DNA from: Octopus sinensis
Taxonomy: Eukaryota
Assembly: GCF_006345805.1 (NCBI RefSeq)
Contig: NC_043000.1
Coordinates: forward strand, 144,770,001-144,834,000
Direction of reading: 5' to 3'
DNA: 64,000 bases
The translations under genes were made by a program, and so were the position numbers. Positions 50,242 through 64,000 of the stretch are shown here, in pieces. Below the pieces are notes generated by a model. The model did not search any database and was not told the origin of the DNA. It saw nothing but the letters and a program-made list of their open reading frames with translations. How positions within the stretch are numbered: the stretch's first letter is position 1; each line of letters begins with the position of its first letter.

Positions 50242-50523
50242 TAAATAAATGGTACAACAAGGCACCGATATTTACTGGAAAATAGCAATCGTAATAAATA
50301 CGACGCTATTGTATAGCTTCACCGCATAAATACTAGCAAAGACGCATCTGTGTAACAAACATGAAAAGAATTTGTTTTACCTCTAGGAAGAACATCTGAA
50401 AAATGGAAAACCTAGAATCGGATAGTGCAGGACCGGTTTCAGACTCTTAAATACGTTTGACAACGTAGATTTGATTTGTCTTCATCAGCTGCATATACCT
50501 AGACAATATTTCAAATGTTACCA
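50238..50523 (-). mobile_element. Solo PLE pLTR remnant between TA repeats
   Basis: About 285 bp of unique sequence containing an HHR, flanked by (TA)n on both sides. Confidence 0.6.
50426..50493 (-). ncRNA. Minimal type I hammerhead ribozyme (cleavage triplet GUC)
   Basis: Minus strand TGCAG-CTGATGA-AGAC...GTCT-GAAAC-CG-GTC-CTGCA. Perfect 5-bp stem I, 4-bp basal stem II, apical hairpin TACGTT-GTCA-AACGTA. Confidence 0.85.
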
Positions 50524-50575
50524 CATATATATATGTGTGTGTGTGTAGTAGTAGTAGTGGTAGTAGCAGCAGCAC

Positions 50576-51418
50576 CAGCCTGTACTAGTTGGTTGAGAAC
50601 TGTTCGTGGCCAATTGGCACGCCCAACACCACTGGGAGGTCGTTCTCGAGTTGGGGCAGAGCCGAGAATAGTTTCAGCAATGAGCCTGCCGGCGGGAAAA
50701 TGGTGGTCTTCGTAGCAAGCGGAGATGAAAGCCACGAAGCAAGCCTTGAACCTCTTAATCGATGGTTGCAGTGAAAAGAAGGTCCGAATTCTTAGCGACA
50801 GCAAGACAGTGTTCCTAAGGCTGGAGAGCTTGAATCCCCCCAGTCCCTTACAAGATGGTGATGAAAGAGAAGTTTTTGAGTTACTCCACACTCTTCATCA
50901 ACAAGGATGCGACCTGATGTTCACGTGGTGCCCCTATCATCGCGGGATCGTAGGGAATGAGCTGTTGGATGAACAAGATCAAGAGAGGACAGATTGGCAT
51001 TATGCAGCAGCAAAGGTGGCTATCAAACGATCGATAAGAAGACCTCCAATGCAGCATAAACGGTAGCGTAAGGTTCATGGTGAAAGAGGAGAAAAGCTCA
51101 ATCGCATCGAGGAACTACAGTTGACTCGCCAAGAACGAATCATGCTTAACAGATTGCGAAGCGGCCACCATACGGATTTGAGAATCTGGCAGCACAAGAT
51201 TGGAAGAATTTGCCACGATTGCAAAATGGGTGAACACGTGCTGTTGGAGTGCCCAGCGATCCATCCGTCGAGCCCAAGGCGATCGCGAAGGAGCCCAAAC
51301 TGGCACTCATGTTCTAGGAGAAATGGCTGAAGATGGCGGAGAAACAGGTGGTGATTGAGGAGCAGCACTAACCAACTACACAGCCGGTAGTTGCTAAACA
51401 ACAACACCAGCAGCAGTA
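50576..51418 (+). mobile_element. 5'-truncated I-group LINE 3' end: RNase H plus C-terminal Cys/His motif
   Basis: AEMKA..VRILSDS..FTWCPYHRGIVGNE (RNase H); LTRQERIMLNRLRSGHH..CHDC..HVLLECP. (TAG/CAG)n tail. Confidence 0.85.
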
Positions 51419-51426
51419 GCAGTAGC

Positions 51427-51499
<73 letters not shown>
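51419..51499. repeat. (TAG)n microsatellite / LINE tail
   Basis: Seen directly. Confidence 0.9.
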
Positions 51500-53019
51500 T
51501 TTCAGGAGGTATGAGAGATAAATATATATATTTAATAATTTGACATCCTACAAGCCCATTTCGCAGCCTCTTATATGTAGTAATATTTTAAGTGTAGAAT
51601 TATATTGAATTGTTTGCATGAATTTGCACGGTTTGCATTATACAGTTTGATATTGGCAAATCAATACAAATACAGAAAAGAAAAACGCTCAAAACTAGAG
51701 TAAGTTTGATGCGTACCATTAATATCTGAATTGTAGCATAAAATATTTCAAATTATGTTGCCTTAATCTTTACAAACTATTACAGAAATCTTCTTACCTA
51801 TGAAGTATAGTAGCACTCAATGTTTGCATGTGTGTGTGTGTGTGTGTGTACATGTGTGTATGTGGTTTTGAATTTAGAATTGATTCCGGTTTTCCGTAAC
51901 AACTAAATAGCTATGGAGTGTTAAATTCCATTGTAATAAATTGCGTTGGTATTACAATTCCAGAACGAGTGAAAAGAATTATTAAAATATATTAAGTAAA
52001 TTAATCATAGTGGATAAGGATACATAACAGCATAAGCTTACCCTGATAGGGCAATTGCATTTGTTTTGATACTGTGTGTCTTCATAACTTTGGCATATAT
52101 ATAGATAATATTTTACATAAGTGAAATTCATGGAATATAATGTTTATAATATATACTATATTATACGTATCGTTAGCCAGTGTGGCTGCAAAAGTATATT
52201 TGGAAATGACATATTTCCCGTAAAATTTCTTAATTTAGTTTTACAATTTTCAGTGTTAGTCTATTCTGTTTTGAAACAGAAAAAAAAACAAAACATTGGG
52301 TAAATTAAACATTCAAAAAGATGTCATCAGCTGATTTATTTGATGCAACTCACTCCGCTAAAACAAATTTCTTAGCTACAATAAGCAATAAATCACATTT
52401 TATTTATTATCACTATTCTGTTTTAATTTTGAAACTGTTTTCTTCTGTTTGAAATCATCAAGCAGATAACATTTTATGTGTAAGACTTTGTAGAACCACG
52501 ATGCATAAATAATTGACCAACTTTTGAAAAAAAGGTTTAACTTTGAGTCTCAGTGGATATTATTCAAACATACTAAATATTGATTTCTACTTGCAATTAA
52601 AAGTGGAAGAAAATGTATTTGTAATAGAGCTGTCACCGCCTAATGATTATTATTTAAACACCACACAGTCGTTGTCGCTTATTAATAATATATTTTTACG
52701 ACTCTTAATGCAATTCCAAACTATTTTTGTATAAATTTTCCAGCGCTCTTATTGGCTGCATCTTGTATGAGCTGGGTGAAAGCACAGTTCCTAATTTAAG
52801 AGATAAAAAGCTATGCCGTATTAAAGTAATGATTTACAGTGTTCAAATTCTGCAAAACTGATTTTCAATTCCAGAATGCATGAAAACAGAAGAAAGTGAT
52901 GTATCCTGCAACGGATCAACGTAGTAGCTAGCTGATTCGCTTTTGATAGATCATCAGAAATTATTTAAGTATTACTTTATTTTTTTTTATTTAAGTATAA
53001 CTTTTTTCTACTCTTCATT

Positions 53020-53390
53020 AATGGCACCCAGGCAAGCTTCAACTTCTGGCCTACAATATCATCTCTCTCTACACCAATCACACCTATGTCACTAATATTA
53101 CTGGATGCTGTGGATGGTTCTCCTGAATGAGGAAAATATAATGGTTTGAGAGCAGGTTTCGTTTTTCCAAAATGTAAAAGATCAAATTTTCCCTCATTTA
53201 ACTGCATTTTGTTTTTGTCTTTCCCATTAGTTTACAGCATGCAGATCAGATTTGTATTCAGTTCGGCCTTCTTCTCCATTGATAATTTCCTGAAGTCATC
53301 TACGAATATTTTTACTTTGCTATGTTTGATGACGCTTTGTATGTCGTTTATTGAGACTAGAAACAGGAGCTAGCTCGAAACAGTCTCCTG
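53020..53390 (-). pseudogene. Second decayed CR1/L2-group LINE RT fragment
   Basis: SDLHAVN*WERQNKMQLNEGKFDLLHFG..SSNISDIG. Confidence 0.65.
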
Positions 53391-53434
53391 AACGACAGCA
53401 ATAGTGGGCTCTAGCGGTGTCCACTGATCAGAAC

Positions 53435-53471
<37 letters not shown>

Positions 53472-54544
53472 GGGGTGTAAGTGTGTGTGTGTGTGTGTGT
53501 GTGTATCTATGTATCTATGTATGTGTACGTGTGTATGAGAGTATGTATGAGAGAGAAATTGAGGGAAATATGGAAGAGCATTTGGCTGGTATATTATTAA
53601 AAGGATGATAAATAGACACACTGAACCTGTAAAAGATTAGAACTTACTACAAATAAACCTGAAATGAATATCGCATCACGTAATGTACAAAACTATAATG
53701 ATTCTGTATAGCTATACATACCTACAGATATATGTGTGTTTGTGTGCGTGTATCTGAGTGTGTTCAGAGAGCGAGAGAGAAATATAAAGAAAGACATATA
53801 ATTATGTCTGTACATATTGATATATTCATATAAATAATTATATATATAATTATATATGTATATAGATAAATAGATATGGCCATGAGTATTTATGAATATT
53901 TCATGTATATACCTTTATATTTATATATACATATATATACATATATATTTCTATTTATATATACACACCCACACAACTAGTCACGCGCTGGCGCCCACAC
54001 ATACACATACAGCACACGCACATATATACTCCAATTTATGTAAATACGTGTTTTATATGTAGATGGGTATATGTATATACGTTACGTATACCATATAATT
54101 TCAGAATTCTAATATTTTATAATTATCGAGAAGATAACATACTTTAATTATAGAGTACTTCAAAAGTGATTCGTAGAAGAAGCGATTATATGTTATATAA
54201 CTTTGGCTATTTAGTAGTAATATTTCTTTAATATTTTATTTGACATATCCTATTAATGAAATATTCTGCACTGTGCACAGTGTATATGTGCTATTATATT
54301 AACTGTATACCGTTAATTTTGTAAATAATATCTTGTATTCATAAATAATTATTACAAGGCATACACTATGTACAGCTTGTATTTTATGATCATGCGAAAT
54401 TTAAATAATGTGTCACTTTAGAATACTGTATTGCGTTAGTTAATATCTTTTTCTTTGAAAACTTTTTTTCCTGTTCTCGGCCAGTTAACAGCGAGTCGTT
54501 GAGATAAGTATACTGGCACTGATGTAGCAACATTCAAATGTATA

Positions 54545-55460
54545 TGTCATAAACTACGCGACATTGGTATCATTGGAAATCTTAGAGTGTGGCTGCACGA
54601 TATCTTAACGGATAGAAGTTAAGCAGTTGCAGCCAATGTTGATCTTTCTGGGGAAATATCAATCCGCACCGGCGTTCCTCAGGTAATTCTACTGGGTCCC
54701 CCCCTGTGTTGTAGTGGTTCTCCCTGATATGCCCTCAGTCGTACAATAATCTAATGTCACCAGCTATGATAATGATACAAATGTATCTCAGGCGGTCAAG
54801 GAATCTGATGACATAGCAAAACTGCAAAATGACCTGCACGCAATATGTAAATGGGCTTATGAATATAACACGCAGTTCAATAATGATAAGTTTTAAGCAT
54901 TCCGCTATCGGTCTACGAACAAACTACAATAGTAACACATAGGACGAGGAGGCAGTGCGACCCTAGAGTTTGAATCACTGTGTGGCGTTGGAATTCACAT
55001 TACTTGTGATGCAACATTTCATGTGCATACTGCGGGGATAGCAACACTGTTCAGGCGTTTAGGTGGATGATCTTTAGATCAATGAGAACCAGAAATAAGG
55101 AAACATTTGGTGGACATTTGTTCTAGGTCGTCTGGATTACTGCTCCCATCTGTGATCGCCGCAGAGCGTCAAATTGGTGGCGGAACTTGAGGCAGCCCTG
55201 CGACACTAAACAAAGAAGATTCGCTAGCTGAAACACATGAGCTACTGGAAAAGGCTACAATTACTGAAGTTCTACTCCCCGGAGAGTAGGCGAGAGAGGT
55301 ATGCAGTGATATACATATGGAAGATTCCGGAAAGTCTAGCTCCCAACTTTGGAGTTAAAAATCATACGAAGAACGGAAATGGACGGTACTGGGTAATAAC
55401 GCAGATAATGTCTCAGATAAGAACTCAGTATTGCAGCAATTTGGGTTTCAATAAATCAAA
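54545..55460 (+). pseudogene. Decayed CR1/L2-group LINE RT fragment
   Basis: KLRDIGIIGNLRVWLHDIL..TGVPQ..LGP..SYDNDT..LQNDLHAICKWA..YWKRLQLLKFYS..RRERYAVIYIWKI. Confidence 0.85.
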
Positions 55461-56210
55461 TGGTACCAAAGCACAGGTTTTTACTACTAAAATTCCTGCC
55501 AAACCCCTGTAGACTACAAGAATAACACTGGCACTGTCTACTCTCTTTAACCTCATTTCATTTTGCTTATTTGGTTTATTTTTTATGCTATCTTCCTCTA
55601 AATACTCATCTTCTCTTTTCTCTTCTCGGCTGACTTTGTCCACTATATTCTTAGACACTGTATGTTTATACATTTTACTTTATCCTTAAAGCTATTCCTT
55701 AACTCTCCCCCAGACTCTACCTCCCACTCTATTTATTTATTTTTCTTTCCTTTTACCACTTAATAGCCACCTCCGCTACCGTTGTGTTATTGAACTTTGA
55801 TATGTTCTCGTCTTTTTCCTGGGTGTTTACAATATCAGGGCATTAACCTACACGGATTTACGCAAGATTGCACATAGGAATTATGGACATATCTAAAACA
55901 TCGGAAGGTTGAACTGTGAATTTTATGCTTCTTTTTTCTTCTCTCTCATCTCCTTATTCCTTTTGCTCCTGTCTTCTAAGCCGTCATTTCATTAATCTTT
56001 ATCCTTCTAGCTATCCCTCCATTAATAATAATGTATATGACTTGCCTTAACGTTTGTTGTCCTCTTTAACAATTATATATCCGCTATATCGGAAATCTGC
56101 AATGGCCCCATAACTACTGTCTCAGCTATAACCTTGCAGCCCTAGTAATCCGTTACAGCACTTACCTAGAGTGCCTCATCGTTTAGACCACCTGTGAACT
56201 AAACCCCCAA

Positions 56211-56278
<68 letters not shown>

Positions 56279-56813
56279 CATATATATATGCATACATATA
56301 TATGATTTTGTATGTGTGTGGGTAGTTGTGATTGTGTATGTGTGTGTATATAGTAGCATAGCAAGGTGTATATAATATACATTGTTACATTAAATCTGAT
56401 ATTATATATGCTGCACGTGCTTGACGAATAAATTAATCAGAAATCGAGAGATCGGGGAAAAATTGTAATGAATTTTTAATATTCACGATGAAGCATCGAC
56501 CTTAGCCTTTATTCCTTAAATGTTTCTTACATCTCATATGATAATATACATTATCAGATTCTATAATTCTAAACGTCAGGCAACAGCTAAGTGTTTAATG
56601 CAAACAAGTTCTTTCATTATGCAATGAATTCTGGGGAAACGTTTTTGAACCATCTAGGTGATTTTATTCTTGTTGATTTTTTCATTGGGAGTAAATACAA
56701 TTTTCCCCCGTTAATGAGCTACACATATTATCCCCACTATTCTACAAATATATAAATCACATTGTTCGATTTGTCAAATTGTTCGATATACGAAGATGTG
56801 TTGTATACAAATA

Positions 56814-57205
56814 CTAGCAGTATCGCCCGGCATTGCTTGGGTTTCTAAGGGAAATAATTATACAAACATTTTTAGAGACTTACTTCCCTTATATAATATG
56901 AATTAAAAATGGAAAAAAATGATGATAATTTTTTTTTAAATCTTAGACTCATCGTAGACATTTTAGACAGTTACTTCCCCTATATAATAGCAAAAAATGC
57001 ATTAAAAATGGAAAATAAATAATGGTAATTTTTTTTTAAATCGTAGACTCATCGTAGACGCGCGCTAATACCCAGAAGGGCTCGATATGAATCATGACTA
57101 TAAGATACCCGCTTTTGGTTAAACTGCACCGCAAAATGTGGGAGTAGTTAGGAATCTAAATCGTAGGAGACAGACACCACACAACTTTTCTTTTATATAT
57201 ATAGA
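56814..57205 (-). mobile_element. Complete non-autonomous Helitron (392 bp)
   Basis: A|TCTATATATATAAAAG 5' end, GC hairpin plus CTAG|T 3' end, inserted at an AT dinucleotide. Internal ~100-bp duplication. Confidence 0.85.
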
Positions 57206-58130
57206 TATATCTACTACATACATTGCTAGCAATCATACATAGAAATATTGTGTAGTAGTATATATCTCTAATATTATCGAGCATCTTTTAACGTCAAACA
57301 TTTCAGTCACATTTATGCGAACTGCATGAATTTAAACAGCTATTAGCTATTTTTCTGAGTTTGCTGAATATTTTTTCTTTTATTTTAAATAGTTTGTTAA
57401 CTCATGTCTTTTACATGATTTCTTTTAAAGCACCGTGGGTGTCTTTATTTACTTTCTAGATACCGAGGGATTATATCAAGAATTTCGATAAAGTTGATGT
57501 CTCAAAAGCTTTCGTTCAGCAGGTTAATTCATTGCTGTGTTCGTTTCAAATTTTGGCCCAAGGCCAGCGCATTTGAGGAAGGGAAAAATAAATTATATTA
57601 ACCCTTGTGCTCAAATCGTACTTACTTTATCGACCCTGAGAGGATGAAAAACAGTCGACCTTGGCGAAATAACTTCCTTCTTATATTAATAAATTATTTT
57701 CAGTTATCTGAATTAAAGCCACTTAATATCGTTCTTGAGTAAGTGTCATTTAAAACTATTTTTACTAATTTAATAAGTAGAGGAAGACATCATTTTCATC
57801 TTGCGTTAACATAAAAGAATCTGTTTTATATTACCATACGCTATGTTCAAACGTCTAGACAGAGAATATACTGCGTGTGCATAGGTCATTCAACTTACTA
57901 GTCTTACTGAGATAACCGCAGTATAATTGTACTTTCATGATTGCGCTGCCTACAAATATTTGGCTCTATGGAAAGGTTAGACATTTTCATCTTATAAACT
58001 TATACACCTGGCATAAGTAGTTCCCATTAACATGATTTGATCAAACACTTATACTGAGTAGTTTACTCTGCTGTCGTTTTATCATTTTAACTTGCTATTG
58101 CTTGTAGTCAAGATTGTTTGCCAACATAAT

Positions 58131-58513
58131 ATGGCAGTCCTGTTTTAGGACTAATGTTGCTGTCATTTAGCCCCAGGAGACATCGTCTCCAGCAGGCTAT
58201 ACGGCACGCCCTGTGTCCTTAGCAATTTTTAAATTTATAAATCAGTGACTAGTGGTCACTTTGAAAACGATATATTTCCAGCGGGACTTTGGCAGTGCCA
58301 CCTCTAGCCGAACAATTATTCTGTGCTGATGGAGAGAAATAACCCAGGAATCGCGATACACAGATATCGTTTTCAGCTGAGTAGGAATGCTAGATTCCCT
58401 TGATCGAAAATGTAAGGACACAGATCGTGTCGTATAGCCAGCTGGAGACGATGCCTCCTGGGGCTAAATTAGTCTTAAATGCTGCAACATTAGTCTTAAA
58501 CCAGGACTGCCAT
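58131..58513. mobile_element. MITE (~380 bp) with ~100-bp TIRs
   Basis: ATGGCAGTCCTG..TTTAGCCCCAGGAG.CATCGTCTCCAGC.GGCTATACG..CTGTGTCCTTA is mirrored at 58413-58513. Confidence 0.85.
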
Positions 58514-59638
58514 TATATTTTGAGAAACAAACTTTACTACAAAGTACTGTTGCTGAATAGCTCACGTTGTGGGATTAGAAAATAGTAATTTTCGCGTCTT
58601 CATGTATTTAATTTTTATAACATATGTGTTTCAGATTCCCTCGTAGTGTTTTTTCTTTAAAAACCATGATGGGCATCCGATATGGTATTGCCTCGATTAT
58701 TTTGCGAAACCTGCATGCGTAGTGATTACGCATTCAAAAGTTTTGAAATACATTTGATATAAATTGAATTCGAGGTTCTGTATGGCATTGTAAAATAATG
58801 GGAATAAAAATGTTGAGTATATACTAACCACCATACTCTCTATCGTTATTATTCTACATCTACACTCCCGATATTATTATCGTCCACTGAAACGAACACG
58901 GAAATATACATCGGAGGAATTTACAGCGTGAGTAACAACTCCTAATAGACAAAGACGTTAAATACTAATCGATGAGGTTAGCCGTAACCCGGAATATAAC
59001 TGAGAGCTAGCACGGTATCAACCCAGATAATATATCCCTCTAAATTCACATGCGACCGCGTGTGTGCACACACACACACGTACACACACACCCATACACA
59101 CACATACATGTACGGATTATGATATATATATATATATATATATATATGTATACCTGCATATATAATAAAACTTTACATATATAAATATAAATAACGTGAA
59201 ATACACGAAGGGACGAACATAAAAAACAGACGGGTCATTCAAAGCCTTCATTCTTCAGTCAGAAACCGATTCATCATTGCAAATTTTGGCTGTTTAATTC
59301 TGAGATCTGCTCTGAATCGGCCAGCCCCAGAAGGAAAGAATGTAAACGCAACAGAGATGAACATGAAACGAAAAAACCTTTTTGAAGACAGTAACAGTTA
59401 AAAACAAGGATGACACAGGCGCCCTACGGCTTTGAGACAAAATGAGACACAAAAACAATTTATCAGCAAGCGTGGAAAAACAATTGCCTTTTCGGTGAAG
59501 GGGATACGTCTTGAACAAGCGGTCATCGGCAACGGAATGGCTGAGGCAGCAAGTCGCAAGAGGGTAAGAGAGAGAGAAAGAGAGACAGAGAGAGAGGGGA
59601 CCAAGGAGGGTGGAAGGCTGAGGACATATATATATGTA

Positions 59639-59767
<129 letters not shown>

Positions 59768-62700
59768 TCGCCATATCGCGGTTCACCTGTTGAGCAGTCA
59801 GTACATCAAAGGTTTTTCTGATTAATATATGTATGCATATGTAAATTTATATTGCGGACTTTTCTCTATATCCTGGATTTCTGCAGCCAATAGGTATTTA
59901 TAATTTCTTTAGATTTTACTTATTTCTGTGGTAAAATAAGCATTTTCTCGTTTAAAATTAATATATTGATAAATAAAAAATACAGTACATTATTAAAGAA
60001 GATTCATTGTAACTATATCAAGTTCTTTTCAAACATCATTCCTGTAATTTAAATGCTATCTATGATTTGAGTGCATCGAATGAAAAGTAACAATTGACTT
60101 CATTTGTGAAATGTTAATAGAATTAGAATAAAGTCATTTATATAAGTCTGTACGCACATAAGCGTACACATACATCCACTTAAACACACTCCTTATGTAT
60201 TTGTAAGATATACATTAACGCAGTACTTGTACTCTAAAACCAGGAATTATGATATAGTATCATAATCCATTTATAGTAACTTTCTAAACAAAGTATACAT
60301 AGGCTTCTGTTAACGGATATTTCACTGATATTTCTAGCATCACGAGTAACCCCGTGGATGCTGCGACACTTCTATTTAATGAACAGTTGCTTGGTCATTA
60401 ATATGTGTGTGATAACATAATTCCTTATAATTAATACAGCTAACGTAGCACTATTAGGCAATGATCAACAGATGTCTAGGAAATTTTCTTTGTGATCAAT
60501 TTCTCAGTAGTATCGTATTTCTCTATTAACAAATGAATTATATGTAAATATTTTTTGTAATAAATTAATGAGGGTATAGTTCCTGGTAGTTCATAACTCC
60601 CTTGATTGTCCGGTACACATATACACACGCCGGGCTTTCTGAAACCTTTAATTATCTATTTTTCTCACATAGTACATTCCAACTTTATATTTTTCACTTC
60701 AAAAGAAAATTTCAGTCTGCTTTCTGAGAAAATTAAGTATATTTCCTTCCTGTTCTCCACAAAGGCACCATATTCAAAACGTTTATATTTCCGCCATCTC
60801 TTCTTCAGAACGTAATTTAAACTTGAAATATTCATTTGCCGTTACGGATCGTATATTATTTTGAGCAGCACTCAAAGATATTCTCACTTGCCCCAGCCCA
60901 ACGTATATTATGAAAAACGCAAATGTTTTAACACAGAATTTATGCTATTTTTTCCATAATAGACTGTCATTCCAATCAACCTTAAGAAAACTAATGAGAG
61001 ACCCACGATATTGTACCATTCATATGCATAGATTGGTGAAGCTTCCGCATACAGCATTACAATATCATCTGAAGAGATCTCACTCGAATGAGTGGTACTG
61101 AGTCTTACAGAAACTCATTTCAACCAATGGCTAACAAAATTGTGTCACCACTATATGTCTCAGCTGTTATAACTAGGCTGGCTTCCACTCAGTGGAGTTG
61201 GGTGACCTTGTGTCTAATACGCGGGAGGCAACCTCAGCCTACATATTTTTGTCCGCTCACTGAATGCCCTCATCTACAATGACCAATACCACAAAACATC
61301 GTACAAACCAATACGAAAATAATAGGATTAGTATTTTTTCAGAAGTTTAGTATTTACTCCCTGGACATGTCCAGTTACAATAATTTAATTGTAGTCTAAT
61401 GGATGAATATTACCAGATGCGAAGAGTCTATGAAGACCAGAGTAGCAGCATCTTCCATCAAGCCAAGCTAATAAACTGATAGAAAAAAATGAAGCAGCTA
61501 AATGAGTTGTACCCCAACAGAAATCTAATTAGTTGGCTTATCACGTGCTGTTTATCCTATTGTATGTAGTGTTCATAATCAATCGATTTATGCATTGTTT
61601 TTTCGTATATAATTTCGGTGTGTTAAGTTTTGTAGGACTTCCAAGAGATGATTGTATAAGTGTATGTGTGTGTAGAAATGTGTGGATGTGTATGTTTGTG
61701 TATACATACAGACAGTAAATTAAAGGAATCGTGTAAAATATGAAATTGATACATTGAGTATAAATTTTGCGAATCGTCATATTAATCAGTACTGTTCATT
61801 GTTATACACATTTTTGTTTTTGCTAAATTCTATACATTTAATTAATATAAAAGTAGCGGGGAGGAACAAATAGTAAACATTAAGCTAGTAACAAAAGTGA
61901 TGTTCTAATAAACAATGGAACGAAAGGAGATAGATTAAAATTAAAAAGGAAGAAAACAAGACACAGCCAAGAAGAGATGAAGGGCTAAAAAAAAGGGAAG
62001 GGAACTATTGAGAATGCGAAATGGAATTTCAGAATCAAAGAAAGAATAAAATGGTACATTCACAAAAGAATAAGCACATAAGGAATTATTTCAAATGCAG
62101 TGATAATATCCAACTTGTATTTGGTTAAATTTGTGAAGGAAATAAATATTCGATGAAGATTCGCAGAGAACGAAGAGTACTGGGAAAATTAGCAAAGGGT
62201 CGAAAATTGACGTTCCAGAAGGAATGAAATAACAGACTAAATAGATATAAGAATATATATATATAAAAACAAAGATATGGTTTCTTTTTCAGTGAAATGT
62301 TTTAGCGAGTGACAGGCGAGAAAATTTTTTTCTTGACACATGAAGAAGAGTGTTCAATTAATGAATAAGAGAATGGGCTGGATTAAATTGCGTGGCTAAC
62401 GAAGCTTACCTATCACAATTAAAATAAACCTCAGGAGAATAGTCAAGACAGATAATCAATATGCTGTTAGTAAGAGATATTTAAATGCCATGACTGTTTG
62501 AGGAGATGTATTTGTAATTGTAAGGGTGCGTATGATATGTGTCTGGCTCTACCCACACAAAAGGAGACACACATTGATGCGTATATGTCCATGCAGGCTC
62601 ACGTGGATGTTTGAGTGTATGCGTGTATAGCTATGTGCGAGGATGTGTCTTTGAGAGGAAACTTGTATTTATTTTTATGTATGCCTTGGAGTACATTAGA

Positions 62701-62947
62701 AATATGTTCATGCGAGTATATGTTTGATTATATCTCTCTTTTCTCTATTATCATTACACATTTCATCTGTTTATATGCATAGGTTTAAATGGAATATTTA
62801 CGTGTTTCTATTTGGGGATTTGTGAGTGATATTTGTTTACTAGTTCTTCATTTATTTGCGTGTGATTTCAAATGCAAACAAGCTTCCCACTGGCAATGTT
62901 TAATGTCTCACTCTCACTTCTTTGTCTCTAGATTTTAATGTTTATAA

Positions 62948-63023
<76 letters not shown>

Positions 63024-63051
63024 TACATATATGTACATATATATACACATG

Positions 63052-63099
<48 letters not shown>

Positions 63100-64000
63100 T
63101 ATACATGTATATATACATATATATATATACGTGTATATATACATATATATACACACATACACACACATATATAGGTATATAGATAGATAGATAAATAGAT
63201 AGAAATAATATATATTTATATCCATTTATATTAGTGCATATGAAATACATGTTATATATGTTAAATCTATTTTCAAATGGAATTATTTTATACACTTTTC
63301 GATTTGTTTAGTGTCTTGCACTTATATCCTCTTATCAGCTGACTGATGTTCTATAAAAGATACAACCAAATGTAATATATAGTCATAATGTCCCCACTTT
63401 TCATAGTGACCTATCATAATCTGCAGAAGCCACAAAACTCTTGATCATGGCGAAACGGTGAAATCGAAGTCTAGAATCGTTGAAGAGATTTGTGACATTT
63501 AGTATTCTATGAAAACTCATTAAATTCACGCAGAATGGAAATGCGATCTATTTTTAATAGAATAGATTAAACTGTAGTCAATTAAACTGTAGACAAGACG
63601 ACACTTATACATTCATTACCTTTATTAATGAAACGTTTACTTCATGTATACATAAATATGGAAAGAAGGTTATTCCCACGCAGGGAAAAATAAATACGTT
63701 TTAAGGTTTGAAAATGCTTGTTGGAATCCGATTCCATATTGTGAAAGCTGAAGAGGCCAGTGCACTAAGACTAAAATAGATAAAAAAGAACTAGACACCA
63801 CGAGAGAAATTGTAAGAAAGACATTTTTCTTTCTCTTTTCTTTTTTCTCTTCTCCATATATTTTATATAATTCAATATGAGTATAACTTTCAGTAAGATA
63901 TATTGGTTGTGATCTATGCTGAACATTTACATTGATATTACTATCTATCCCTGTGAAACTCATTTCAAATTTCTCCGAACATTTGAACACTCAATGGTTT

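Noticed and set aside
59210-59620. Possible further pLTR islands between microsatellites (also 55500-56210)
   Set aside because: Composition is suggestive, but no complete HHR, ORF or second copy is present in the window.
63670-63990. 106-aa minus-strand ORF at the window edge
   Set aside because: No recognisable domain; runs into a low-complexity purine tract.

Overview
AT-rich, microsatellite-dense eukaryotic DNA made mostly of transposon relics. The tRNA-derived SINEs match my recollection of octopus repeats, so the host is probably a coleoid cephalopod (inferred, not searched). No host gene can be called with confidence; there is one candidate 108-bp exon. The main feature is an intact, young Penelope-like retroelement of Naiad type at 9975-14173. 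Its 895-aa ORF has an RT (YRDD) and a C-terminal GIY-YIG nuclease. It is flanked by near-identical 578-bp direct pseudo-LTRs, each carrying a type I hammerhead ribozyme (HHR), and sits inside a (TA)n tract. Its RT-EN linker is unusual: two low-complexity inserts are present and the upstream Cys cluster is eroded. Three further plausible HHRs (8497, 48548, 50426) and degenerate ones lie in solo, tandem or fold-back pLTR remnants of other families. Three HHR families share a long bipartite stem II and a minimal palindromic stem III. The rest of the window holds three Neptune-like PLE relics, three mariner relics, a hAT relic with TIRs, four Helitron-type elements, CR1-group and RNase H-bearing LINE fragments, a SINE trimer bounded by a single 16-bp TSD, a foldback element with an internal TTAGGG tract, a ~1-kb palindrome and a MITE. 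All alignments and folds were done by eye.
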